A stretch of 64,000 nucleotides of DNA. It comes from Leucoraja ocellata (taxonomy: Eukaryota). Of this stretch, positions 1 through 11,260 are shown one piece after another. Positions within the stretch are counted from its first letter, which is position 1, and every line of letters starts with the position of its first letter. The notes under the pieces are model-generated. The model was not told where the DNA came from and searched no databases. It saw only the letters and a list, made by a program, of their open reading frames with translations. The position numbers and the translations under genes are program-made. The stretch spans positions 310,001 through 374,000 of the forward strand of contig JAWMAR010000531.1 of assembly GCA_036785375.1 (NCBI GenBank), read 5' to 3'.

Positions 1-1810
1 TGTGATATCTTCTTACTGTATATATGTGTGGATTTCTGTCTTGCCTTCTTTCATTGTTAATATGTTCAAATAAAGGTCCATCACAAGCAACTCAATGTTT
101 TTCAACACCCATATGACATACACCCTGTGTTAGATTGCAACCCACGGAGTCAAAAACTTTAGTTAAATTGATTAAAAACTACTGCCATGTACTCCTGATT
201 TTTTTTTGAAATTGCTATTTTTAAGCAACCCTTCTGAGTGCTATGTAAAATTATGGCCTCAGTCCATCTCCTTAGTTTCTATATAAATATGTTTTGTATA
301 AAGTGGAGCTGATCTTAATAGGTCTCAGTTTATTGATGTTCCTCAATTTGACTGGACCATCAGACTTTGGAATTAAAAGCTATCATATAGCTTTGGTGTT
401 TTGGGGGAATTCACCTACACTGTGGCTAAAAAACTGTGTTAAAATATCTAATCTAAATTTTATCATGTCCTTTAATTTTAAACAATCCCAGCTGGCAACC
501 ATATCCTTTTTGAAATAATTTAGGTACAGGTGTTGATCACATGCCTACTAGGTTGGAGTTTGCTGTGACTCACAATAATAATCAATGTCTTATTTGGTGA
601 GTGCGACCACTGCCTATGCATGTATGTCTTTTTGCTGATTACTTCCTCCGGTAGAATTTATTACCAATGGCATCTTGAGGTTTTTTGTGGAGGTGGAAGC
701 TTGATGGAAAGTGTGACTTAATTCACCGGACTCTATGTTCCTGCCTTTAACAAAGCATATGTCATCTTGTGCAGGCATTTGCTACCATAAATTGTATACT
801 GGTTATAAAAATGCTAAAATGATTGTACAAGTGAAATGGATGCTGATCAACATTTGCATATAGTTGGCATCTCTGCAAACAAACCTCACTGGATAAGTTC
901 CATGATAGAGTCAAAAATTTGCATTGCTTGACCTCTTGTTTTTGGAGGAAGCAGGCAAGGGATTTTACACTTTGCCTGAAATATCTAATTTGAGGATGTA
1001 TTTACTAATTTGTAGAAAAAGAGTAAGCTGTTCTGTCATACATTTATAACATGGTAGAATTGTAACTTAATTACAACCTCCTCCCATTTCAAGCACAGAA
1101 AATTGTAGGCAGCAAATGCGCAATTGGGAGTTCGACAAATGCTGAGGCACGAAAGCTGTGCCTTAATTCACTCTACCAAATTTTTGCATCCATAACATGC
1201 AGGTTCACATGTAGTTCTGCAGATAGAGCAATAGCTACTATTTCATTTTATCATTAACTGTAAATAGATCAGTTCTGGCACTTCTTGCCCTATCCACAAT
1301 GGTTTTAATTTTCACAGAATCCTAAATGTGGTAAAACTGCTTAACAGTAATCTGTTAATGTGTGATTCAAGTTGTGTTTTTATGCTTTTATGTATATTCC
1401 AGACAGATTACTTGTTTCAAATGAAAGTATCATCAGCCATCAAGCCATCTGAGGTCAACAAGTAGAAGCAAACAAACTGAATGAACTCATACATTTTTTT
1501 TAAACTGAAGGAAATAAATTGCATGTATCAACAAACTTAACTTAATTCTAGCAGAATGTCTTTATTTACTGAAAATGCAAATTTAAGTTTAAAATTGCAT
1601 CTTTTCCCAATGTTAATGTCTTTCTGTTTAACGATGGTTTCAATCCTTTTCTGCTGCTGGGCCTGTAATGGAACAGTAAGATCCCTGAATGAATGGCCAA
1701 CCAGAGAAAATGGTTTTAAAACTACAAAGATTATGTTGAATCCAAACTGCAGCCACAGTTCAAGCTTTGTTTCCATCCATCCAGCTCCCACCTGCATATC
1801 AAATTGTTAA

Positions 1811-2235
1811 TGAATGAATAATAATGAATAAATCTCTTTATTGTCATTGCCATTTCCCACGGTGCAATCCCACGATGCGATTCACAAGAGCACTTTTAAA
1901 TATATAAGAAAAGGTAAATATATATACATATTAAAAAAATTACAGATAAATAACAATAGCAGCTGAGGTAGAACCATTCAGTTGAATGTGAGTGTTATTT
2001 CTTATTTTGCATTGTTAAGTTCACGTGTGGCTATGGGGTAGAAGCTGTCTCTGATTCTGTTTGTGCGAGTTTTGAAAGACCTGTACCGTCTGCCAGAGGG
2101 CAGCAGGTGGAACAGGTTGTGTCCAGGGTGGGAAGGGTCCTTCAGGATGTTGGCTGCCTTGCCAAGGCAGCGAGAGCTGAAGATGTCCTTCAGGGAGGGC
2201 AGTGGGCAGCCAGTGATTTTTTGTGCTATACCTGT
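1811..2235 (-). mobile_element. Rex1/Babar-type non-LTR retrotransposon, 3' fragment
   Basis: Minus strand translates as AQKITGCPLPSLKDIFSSRCLGKAANILKDPSHPGHNLFHLLPSGRRYRSFKTRTNRIRDSFYP, typical of the Rex1 ORF C-terminus, followed by a 3' UTR with AATAAA. Confidence 0.85.
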
Positions 2236-2489
2236 AATGTAATTTTGGAATTACTGTACCCTCAAAGGAATGTAGAAATGTCAACAGTAGAGTCAATAGT
2301 AGAGATAAGGTTATGGAAAATGTTCTTAATATGGAAAACAATAGACTGAGGGACAAATGATAGAGGGACAGAGAGCACAAATGTAAATAGTGAGGGTTTC
2401 TATTGACATTTAAAAAATGAAAATGGTTAACAAAATGATTCTGGGAAATTCCATGGATGTTTCACTTCATTGGAAAACATCAAATGTAA

Positions 2490-2850
2490 CTTCTTCATTC
2501 AAGTAGGGATGGAGTCAGAAAACAGGAAACCTCAGGCCAGTTTGTGTCACGGCTGTCGTGGGTAAAGTGTGGGAACCTATTAAAGACATTGTAACAGGGT
2601 GCCAAGAAAAAATAAAAACAAATGGGCAAAGTCAATGTTGTTTCATTGAAAGGGAAATCATGTTTGACTAATTTACTGGAGTTCTTTGAAGAAATAATGT
2701 GCTGTGGATTAAAGGGAATTGGTGAATGTACTATACAAATAGCAAAAAGGCATTTGATAAGGGGCCACATCGGAGTTTATTGCAAGAATTAAATGTTTAT
2801 GGTCTAGAATGTAACATTTTGGCATGGATAAAAATAATCACTGGCTTAAA
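2490..2850 (+). mobile_element. Degenerate CR1/HER1 LINE, RT fragment
   Basis: AAAGGGAAATCATGTTTGACTAATTTACTGGAGTTCTTTGAAGAA = KGKSCLTNLLEFFEE, followed by KAFDK. Confidence 0.85.
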
Positions 2851-3074
2851 GGAGGCCGAGCAGACATGAACATGATGGAATTAAATTTCTCTACAACTCT
2901 CACTGCTCTATTTAGCAACAATTGCTCAATTTGATCCACTCAATTTGTACCTGCTGGGGTCTTAAAATGATAAAAGCCAGAACAAATCCTTGTATTGGAA
3001 TGACACAATAGATTGTTGCACTGAGCAGAGAATTTAATTCAATTCATCACTATACTTATAAAATTGTCATCTTG

Positions 3075-3750
3075 TATGTGGATTTGTGTGTGTATAATCA
3101 CATCTCGAAAAAACGACGCGGTAACGGTAAATATTTTACATATTCCGTTAGACATTTTTCCCGTGGAGTCCAAAATCGCCTTATCTGGAAATGTCATGCT
3201 TTATTTCTCGAGTTATTAATGAAAATGTTCAAAATTCTAACAAAACGTTGAATTTAAAAATGACTCTTTCACTGATGATGTCACAGTGGGTCTACGTGCC
3301 TTCTTCCTCATGCTGCGAGTGACGTCACCTCCTCCCTTCCCCCCCCCCCCCCCCCCCGTTATTCAAAGGACGCAGCTGGAGATAAAGTTGGACCCTGGAC
3401 TGAAGATCAAAGACTGCCGCAGTCCAACTCGCGGTCCTTTGGTCGACACCCGCCCGCTCGCCACCTCGCTTGGCGTCCTGCCTCTGTCGCTGCCCTCTAT
3501 GCCTTCTGCCTCTACCCGCTGTCCTCTGCCTTCTGTCTCTGCCCTCTGTCTGTCCATCTGCCCACTCTCTGCCCCTGCCCTCTCTAGCCGCGCCTGCGAG
3601 TTGGGGGCTATGCGTGAGTGGATAGGGCGGGGGATGGGGTAAAAGGAGCGAATGAATAATATTAATATAATATCAAGAGGGGTGGTTAGTGTGTGTATGA
3701 CGCAGCCCCCCGCAACCGCGCGTTGAGGGGACGGGTCCCACTTGGTGTAG
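3075..3750 (+). mobile_element. CpG-rich non-autonomous element with Helitron-like 3' end
   Basis: Sharp CpG-rich block with an internal (CCTCTG)-like simple repeat. Ends in a GGGAC-GG-GTCCC hairpin (3728-3739), then GTGTAG|T, resembling the Helitron hairpin+CTAG|T end with one mismatch. No TIR or TSD seen. Confidence 0.45.
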
Positions 3751-4164
3751 TATTTATTATAATTGTTCACAATGTTTTATCGTGTTTTCATATAATAACA
3801 CATCAAGGAGTTGAGAAACAAACTATGATTAGACTGGATATTTTATAGGTTGATACATGGCTGCAATCTTGTTGACTTGATGTGTCCTGTAGTGAGGCAA
3901 TTGAATTAGGAGAAATGTAGGTAACCCTTATGTGTTTCAAATGCCAAGTCATTTTGGTTGATCAATTCCTGGATAAGTACTTAATGAAACCATGTTTTCT
4001 AGATATTCAAAAAATCAGTGTCCTGTAAATATCTCTGGAGCCATCAACTTAATTATCAAGCTTGGTTATCAGAAACACTGCTGCCTTTTTCTGTCACTGG
4101 AACTTTGCAGGTCAGTTGTACTAGCTGCATCCCAAATGCACACTTATAGGAATTAAAACATTTT

Positions 4165-4665
4165 TTAAAAAGGAGCAGGAGTGTGCCATTTATTTCCTGA
4201 AGCCTGCTCCTCATTCAACATGAGCATGCTGGTCTATTCTTGGCCTCAGCCCGATTTTTCCTGATCTCTGTGCATACTCCTTGATTTCCTTTAGTTTAAA
4301 TGCCTGTCGATCACAGCCTTGAATGTATTCAATTATTTCATTTCCATGAGCTTACTAGGATACTAAATACCAAAGATTCAAGATCCCTGTGGAATAATTT
4401 TTTAATATTTCCCTCTTAAATGGATTACCCCTGATTCTGAAACTACATAGCCCAACGAAGGGAAACATTGGCCTCTCAGCATCCACTTTGTCAACCCCCT
4501 TTAAAATCTTAAATGTCTCAATATCACTCACTATTCTTGCATACATTAATGACTATAATACAAACCTCCTCAACCTTTCTTCATTTGTCACTTCTTCACT
4601 ACAGGAAACAATCATGTGTGCCTTCCCTAAATTGCCTCCAATACAAGCACATCCTTTCCTAAATA
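4165..4665 (-). mobile_element. Degenerate CR1 3' end
   Basis: ORF 4355-4546 contains DIETFKILKGVDKVDAE...FPFVG...RIRGNPFKRE; CR1 3' UTR remnant at ~4170-4260. Confidence 0.85.
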
Positions 4666-5129
4666 AGCAGTCTTTTCTCATATATAACATCAGAAAGTGG
4701 ACATAGCAAACCCACTGTCGTTTAGGAATTATCTTGCTCAAACATTTCATCCCCTTTAGCCTTGGACAGTGACTCAACTTAAAATACTCCAGTACTCTAA
4801 AGTGCTTCATAAGAGAATTATTAAATACAATTTGAAAATGTTTACAGATATTGGAAATCTGGAAAAATGAAAATGATGGAAAAACAGGTAGCACCTGACG
4901 AAAGGGAAACAGGTTTTTGGTTTATGTCATTCCATTCAACAAAATTATTATTTTTAATTGTCTTAGGGAGAAAGTTAGGGCAGCTGATCAAAAGCCTGTT
5001 GGAAGATGTACGTTTTAGAATACGGTATCCTAAAGAAGAAAGGAAAACCAGAGAGACAGATTTTGAATGGGACATTTTGAGTTTAGGACCTAAGTTACTA
5101 AGGTACAGCCATTAATGCAGGAAGGATTA

Positions 5130-6285
5130 AAAAGCAAAACGTTGAAAATGTTCAGTACATCGGGCAGCATCTTTAGAGAGAGAAACATAAATATTAACAA
5201 TTCAGATTGATGGCCTTTTATCAAAGCTGAGTTTTAACTTTGTGTCTCTTCCCACTTTTGCAGCCTGAAGCGAAAGGGTCCCAGCCCAAAACATCGTCTA
5301 TCCATGTTCTCCACTGGCTTACTCCAGTACTTTGTGTTTTGTGCTCCACAAGCCAACATGTTGGTTAATGAAGGAAAGAAACAAAGTGCTGCAGTAACTT
5401 GAAATAGAAACAAAATGCTGGAGTAACACAGCAGAGTAACATTAGCAATGTTGGATGGATGTTGGCTGTGGGCCTGGAACGCAGGTGAGGCGAGAGCTCT
5501 GGCCTGCTTGTGTTACTGCTCCAAGTATTCTGTGACTATCTTTGGTGTGAATCAGCATCTGTAGTTCTTTCCCACACTTTTTGTCTGCTGGTGTAACTCA
5601 GCGGGTCAGGCAGCATCTCTGGAGGGCATAGGTAGGTGACATTTTGGGTCAGAACTCTTCTTCAATATGAACAGGAATGAGTTAACGTGAGTTAAGGCTG
5701 AAGGTTTGGGATAGTCAAGCTCATCCATTAAGCAGCACATTTGGCACACTTTGTAAACTCCTGTTAAGATAAAAGGTGCAGGAGGGAACTGCAGATTCTG
5801 GTTTACACCGAAGATAGGCACAAAATGCTGAAGCAACTCAGCGGGACAAGCAGCATCTTTGGAGAGAAGGAACGGGTGATGTTTCGGGGAGCCTTCTTCA
5901 GACTGAGAATCAGGGGAGAGGGTGACTGGAGAGATATGGGAGGGTATGGTGTGAAAACGACAGATCAAAGCAGACGATGCTCAAGGAAAATAGAATGGAT
6001 CATTGTTAGCTGTGGGGAAAATGACAAGGAGGCATACACGATACAAACAGTAAAATTAATCAATTCTGTCAACCCCTTTCAAAATCTTATGTCTCAATAT
6101 GACTCCTTATTCTTTCACACTAATTAATATACAAAACTCCTCAATCGTTCTTCATTTGTCAACTTATTTCTTCATTTGAGAACTTGTTTCTTCATTTGAG
6201 AATTAGGATGAGGGGGGGGGACGGGGAGAGAGGGAAAGCAAGTTGGAGAAATCAAATATTCATGCAACAAACTGGGTTGTAAAAG
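5130..6285. mobile_element. Cluster of Penelope-like element (PLE) terminal repeats plus ORF C-terminus
   Basis: Several copies of the GAAGGAACTGCAGATGCTG...CAAAATGCTGGAGTAACTCAGCGGG.CAGGCAGCATCTCTGG repeat in both orientations. 6243-6285 reads on the minus strand as a frameshifted LQP...DFSN end typical of a PLE GIY-YIG ORF. Confidence 0.7.
5878..5901 (-). ncRNA. Degenerate minimal hammerhead ribozyme motif
   Basis: Minus strand CTGAAGA-A-GG-CTCC-CC-GAAA-CATC: core present, stem II shortened, ACGU palindrome mutated to ACAU. Confidence 0.45.
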
Positions 6286-6620
6286 GTGCCTCCGCCGTGC
6301 ACGCGCGCACGCTGCACCGCCCGTGGGTGTGCGGTGCGTGCGCGCTCCCTGTCACCGCAGTGTGGTTCGCCCCGCGCCGGGAGCGGGGACGCGCCCCACA
6401 GGCGTCGACGCCGCCGCCGTTACCCCGAGCGACCGGAGAATCGGGCCCAGTCAGTCCCCGCGGAAAGGGGCAGCACGGTAACTGTGACAGTCTGCGTCTG
6501 GCCCGGTCCCCCCCCACCCGGTGCATCACATCGCCTCCCCCACCCTCACCTCACCAATTCCCGGCGTTGCAACTGGTGGCTTGCCGACCTGTGCCAGCCA
6601 GAGGCCGTCAGCGGGGCAGA
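6286..6620. promoter_or_regulatory. CpG island / GC-rich structured block, function unknown
   Basis: Very GC-rich with dozens of retained CpGs in a CpG-depleted window. GCGCGCACGC...GCGTGCGCGC inverted repeat, GGCGTCGACGCC palindrome (6401-6412), TGCRCNC motifs. Confidence 0.5.
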
Positions 6621-7074
6621 GGCTGGGCCTCAGGGCATGGTGGTGGGGTTGGGGACAGTGTGGCAACAAATAACCAAAGAGGCGAGAGGTGGAGGACACT
6701 TCCTGGACAGGCTATCAGAGTTGGGAGAAGAGGATGGGAGAGAGAACATTTGCAAGAGTCTGCAATGGTGAAGCACGTGTTGTGGATGTGTCAACCATGG
6801 CTGAACGGGCATAGCAGTGCCGCCCCCCTCAAGCAGAGTTGTCACTTTGCCTCTTGCCTCGCCAACATGAGGACAAAGTGTAGTCTGCACGCTGCGGGGC
6901 AGTAAAGGGACACCACGCCCAGTCCCTAACAACGAAGGAGCACCACTGTTGCAAATGCGATCCTTCAGATGAGTCAACTAAACTTACCAAACTTGGGCGT
7001 GTGTGGAAGATTTCTTGACTCTATTCAAAGAATGTTCTTCTTCTTCTTCCTGGAACCGCACCAACGTCATTCAA

Positions 7075-7220
7075 ACTGGTTGTCAGGTTCACATCACATT
7101 GCTGTCTGTGGGAGTTAACTATGTATCCTCCATTACAACAGAGACCATTATTTAAGAAATACCTATCTGTCTGTCACATGCTCATTGAAGGCAGGAAGAG
7201 CACTGTTGAAATGTAAGTTT
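7075..7220 (+). mobile_element. DeuSINE-like (SacSINE1/AmnSINE-type) 3' fragment
   Basis: ATCACATTGCTGTCTGTGGGAG...CATTACAACAG...AAATGTAAGT resembles the Deu domain and tail. Confidence 0.55.
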
Positions 7221-7539
7221 ATACTTTTTGAGAAATGTGGAAATATATCCTTGAAGTATGTAAAAACAAGGTCAAACAATCTTATGGTACAAAGTAAATA
7301 AATCTGTATGTATACAAAGCGGAGTTTTGGTTGGTATGTTTATATTTTGAAGAAAAAGTAATATTGAATGAATAAGCACTAATGTGTACAATGTGAACAC
7401 CTTCCAAGATGCAGTTACAATCTTCAGGGTAAACACCTTGGGAATGATCAGTGGACGGGGATAGGTGTACATGACAATGAGTGTGAATCCAATAGTTGGC
7501 ATTTGGGACGCAGCTAGTACAGCTGACCTGCAAAGTTCC

Positions 7540-7960
7540 AGCGATCCTGTTTGCATTTTGAGTTCCGGTGTTTTATGTGTAGAGTTTACAATTCTTTCTG
7601 TACCATGAGGTTTTGTCTGGGTGTTCAGGTTTCTTCCCATTTGCCAGCGACGTGGATGTTAGATTAAATGTGTAGGAAGGAACTGCAGATGCTAGTTTAC
7701 ACTGAAGATAGACACAAAATGCTGAAGTAACTCAGCGGGACAGGCAGTATCTCTGGATAGGAGGAATGGGTGACGTCACCCAGAGATGCTGCCTGTCCCG
7801 CTGAGTTACTCCAGCATTTTGTCTCTCTTGGGTGTTAGATTAATTGGCCACTGTACGTTGCTCCTAGAATTTACGTGGCTGGTGGAATCTGGGAGAGGTT
7901 TATGGGAATAAAGAAGGATTAGTATAAACGAGAACTTCTTGGTTGGCACACAGATGGAAT
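7540..7960 (+). mobile_element. Degenerate HE1/V-SINE interrupted by an inverted PLE insertion
   Basis: V-domain remnant GGTTTCTTCCCA...GTTAGATTAA resumes at ~7832 as GTTAGATTAATTGGCCACTGTA. Confidence 0.6.
7669..7828. mobile_element. Palindromic PLE terminal-repeat insertion
   Basis: Inverted arms ~7711-7756 and ~7781-7824. Perfect GGGTGACGTCACCC palindrome at 7768-7781. TGTTAGATTAA duplicated on both flanks. Confidence 0.8.
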
Positions 7961-8039
7961 GAAGAGCTTTTTCATGTTTTTCATGCATAGTTCTTTCATG
8001 TCCAGCAGGCAAGACATCCTGTCTGAAAGAGAACACAAA

Positions 8040-9400
8040 CTGCAGGGAGGAAGAATGAACATCACAACGCCCTGGTGGGGTGGGGAAGTGGTTGTGGTAG
8101 AGGATAATATACGTGAGGTGATATTATTCGGTATTGCTGTGAGCATTGGTCCAAAAGGTTTTTGTGTCTGCCTGTTGTTAGTGTTAAGGAAAAATCATTG
8201 AGGTTGGAGAGGAATGTGCAATAAGATCCAGTAGTTGTGGTACACACGGTACCAATGATATAGATAGGAAGAATACAGTTCTGCTGGCAAATTAAATAAC
8301 TAGGGCTTTATATAGTGGGGAAGAGGATCCAAGTGAGGCAAAACTTTAAAATAAATTGAGGAGAAAGGATAAGGAAATAGCATGGGGTTTGCAAAGTGAT
8401 AAGTGTCCCAACTCAAAACATTGCCTATCCATTTCATTCACAGCTGCTGCCTGTCCCACTGAATTCTTCCTGCACTTTGTGTTTTGCATTTCAGGGACAT
8501 GGTTGTCAGGTGACCATGGCTGGGATCTAAATATTCTTGGATACTTGACATTTTGGAAAGATGAGTGGAAAGGAAATGGAGGTGGGGTTGTTTTGTTAGG
8601 TGAGGATGAGACCAGCACAGTAGCTAGAACTGATCTTGAGTCAAAAGATCTGCAAAGATGACCAGATTAGAAACATTTTAGGAACCAGCAAAGAGGGCGG
8701 AAAACAGATAATGGTAGTTAGTTAGCAAAAAAAAGATGGCAATATTATATATTCTTGCACATAAAAAAAGAAGAGTGTTAAGATAAACATTGATCTCTTA
8801 AAACGTGAGAATACGGAATTAATAATGGGAAATAAATGGTCAAAACTTTGCACAAATATTTTGTTTCGGTCTTTAGGGTATAAAACACTAAAACCATTCC
8901 ACTGATACTAGAATATCAGGGGGAGGGGGCAAATGAAAGAAAGTTCACAGGTTGATTCTTGAAATGAAGAAATTATCTAATGAGGTAAGAATAAGCAGTT
9001 TGAACCTATGCTCATGAACATATATAAAAATGCAAGGTGATCTTATTGCAACATTTAAGATTTGGAAAGGGCTTGACAGGGTAGATATTGAGAGGAGGTT
9101 TCCCTTGTGAGGGAATCTAGAACTAGGAGGCATAGATTTAGAATAAGGTGATGCTTGTTAAGATAGACATGAGGAGGAATGAGTTATCTCAGAGGATAAT
9201 GAATTTTGAGAATTTGCTGCCCTGGAGATGTGGGGCTGAGTTATTGAACTTCAAGGCTGAGACAGAGTTTTCACCTCTTGAAGAATTGAGGTTGTGTGGG
9301 GAAGAGGCAGAAAGGTGAAGCTAAGGTTAGATAAATCCTGATCTCTGAGAGGTGGAGAAGACTCCAACAGACAAGTGGCCTACTCCTGCTCTTATTTTTA
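8040..9400 (+). mobile_element. Internally deleted, degenerate CR1 LINE (ORF1 esterase, ORF2 endonuclease and 3' end remnants)
   Basis: DPVVVVH/GTNDIDRK esterase motif at ~8225-8270; TWLSGDHGWDLNILGYLTFWKDEWKGNGGGVVLL endonuclease motif at ~8500-8600; GDLIATFKIWKGLDRVDIERRFPL and GGCCTACTCCTGCTC tail at 9030-9395. Confidence 0.85.
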
Positions 9401-9719
9401 CGTAACAAACTTGGGATTGAGGATGAAAGATAGGAAATAGGCATTTCATATGAAGGAATTATTTGGATATGGGTCAAGCACCTAAAAACATGTAGACCCA
9501 TGTCAAACAAACAAGCTTTTATATCATAAGAGGAGTAAGAATTTGACAAATGACGGCCTATTTTGACACGACAGGATGTGGGTTAATTTCCCTGGAGAAT
9601 ATTTATCTGATTTAAGCACTATACTTTTGAGATACTTACTTATGGTCTTTATGGCAGGGCTGAAACTTTCTCGTAGAAATTGGTATGGAGCCCCTGTTGA
9701 CTACGATACCCACATTCAT

Positions 9720-10530
9720 TTTAATAGGCAACGCAGTACAGCGCAGAAACAGGCCCTTCAGTCCAACACATCTATGCCAACCAAGTTGTCTGACCAAGCT
9801 AATTCCACATGCCTACACCTGCCCACATCTCTCCAAAACCTTTTTATCCATGTACTGTCCAGGCAATTTTTAAATAGACAATAGGCGCAGGAGTAGGCCA
9901 TTCGGCCCTTCGAGCCAGCACCGCCATACAATGTGATCATGGCTGACCCCATTCCTGCCTTCTCCCCATATCCCCTGACTCCGCTATTTATAAGAGCCCT
10001 ATCTAGCTCTCTCTTGAAAGCATCCAGAGAACCTGCCTCCACCGCCCTCTGTGAGAAAAAGTGTTTCCTCGTCTCCGTTCTAAATGGCTTACTCCTTATT
10101 CTTAAACTGTGGCCCCTGGTTCTGGACTCCCCCAACATCGGGAACATGTTTCCTGCCTCTAGCGTGTCCAAACCCTTAACAATCTTATATGTTTCAATGA
10201 GATCACCTCTCATCCTTCTAAACTCCAGAGTGTACAAGCCCAGCTGCTCCATTCTCTCAGCATATGACAGTCCTGCCATCCCGGGAATTAACCTTGTAAA
10301 CCTACACTGCACTCCCTAAATAGCAAGAATGTCCTTCCTCAAATTAGGGGACCAAAACTGCACACAATACTCCAGGTGTGGTCGCACTAGGGCTCTGTAC
10401 AACTACAGAAGGACCTCTTTGCTCCTATATTCGATTCCTCTTGTTATAAAGGCCAACATGCCATTCGCTTTCTTCACTGCCTGATGTGCCTGCATGCTTA
10501 CTTTCATAGACTGATGAACAAGGACCCCCG
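9720..10530 (-). mobile_element. Young CR1/HER1 LINE 3' end plus a second CR1 tail
   Basis: ORF 9758-10312 (RFTRLIPGMAGLSYAERMEQLGLYTLEFRRMRGDLIETYKIVKGLD...ESRTRGHSLRI) and QAVKKANGMLAFITRGIEYRSKEVLL; GGCCTACTCCTGCGCCTATT tail. Confidence 0.95.
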
Positions 10531-11019
10531 AGTTGTATCTGCCTTTTCCACTTCCTCTGGCAGTTTGGTTCGTATTCAGAGATCCAAACTTCATCTCATG
10601 TTTATTATCCTTGGGCTTGTGGGCATCACAAACATAAGCCAGAGTGGCCACACTAATTTATTGTCTGATTGCCCAACAATAATTGCAGGACTGGTCAATA
10701 TATGCTTCAGCTCAATGTTGCCAAATGCAAATATTCTTCTTGCTTCAGGTTAAGATCATTGACAACACTGATGGTCACACGCCCATCCAGTTAGCAGATT
10801 GATTTATAATACACAATGTTAACTTTCACCAAGACCACGAGAATTCCTTATTCCTTACCCCACATCCAAAAGACTTGTATTTCTGTCCTTATCGCTTCCA
10901 CCACTGCCAAATCCCTTGTACCACTCCTATGTCTATGGAGGTTTTCATCGTGGGGTTTCCTCCAACCTTCTACAAAAAAAGTCATCCATGCATTTCAGCT
11001 GATAATCCTCCACACTGAT

Positions 11020-11260
11020 GGAAAAGCTTGCATTTATATTGAAGTGACAATGTGTTGTAATAGAGGGCAACCCGACAGCTAATTAGCACACAGCAGTGTC
11101 TCACAGACAGCATTTAGACAATAGATCAGGTGGCTTGTTATGGTGCTGCAGGAATGGGATGAACACTGCCCACTGAGAAAATTCCTGTGGCTAATGAAAG
11201 GATTAACAATAAATTTAAAGGAACAGCCAGGCAGATCACATAATCTGTTATGGTGCAGTT
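11020..11260 (-). mobile_element. DeuSINE-like fragment
   Basis: Reverse complement of the tail (CTTGCATTTATAT) and Deu-like segment (GTTGTAAT...CAGCTAATTAGCACACAGCA...CACAGACAGCA). Confidence 0.5.

Noticed and set aside
4895-4910. CTGACGA-AAGG-GAAAC as a hammerhead
   Set aside because: No stem II and no paired UH site. The same applies to CTGATGA matches near 24758, 45198, 45520 and 50115.
6243-6905. Longest ORF (220 aa) and overlapping ORFs
   Set aside because: Non-ATG start inside a PLE remnant, low-complexity R/P/G composition and several open frames, all explained by high GC. No recognisable domain.
9758-10312. 184-aa ORF (and 31005-31520) as host genes
   Set aside because: They are CR1 ORF2 fragments.
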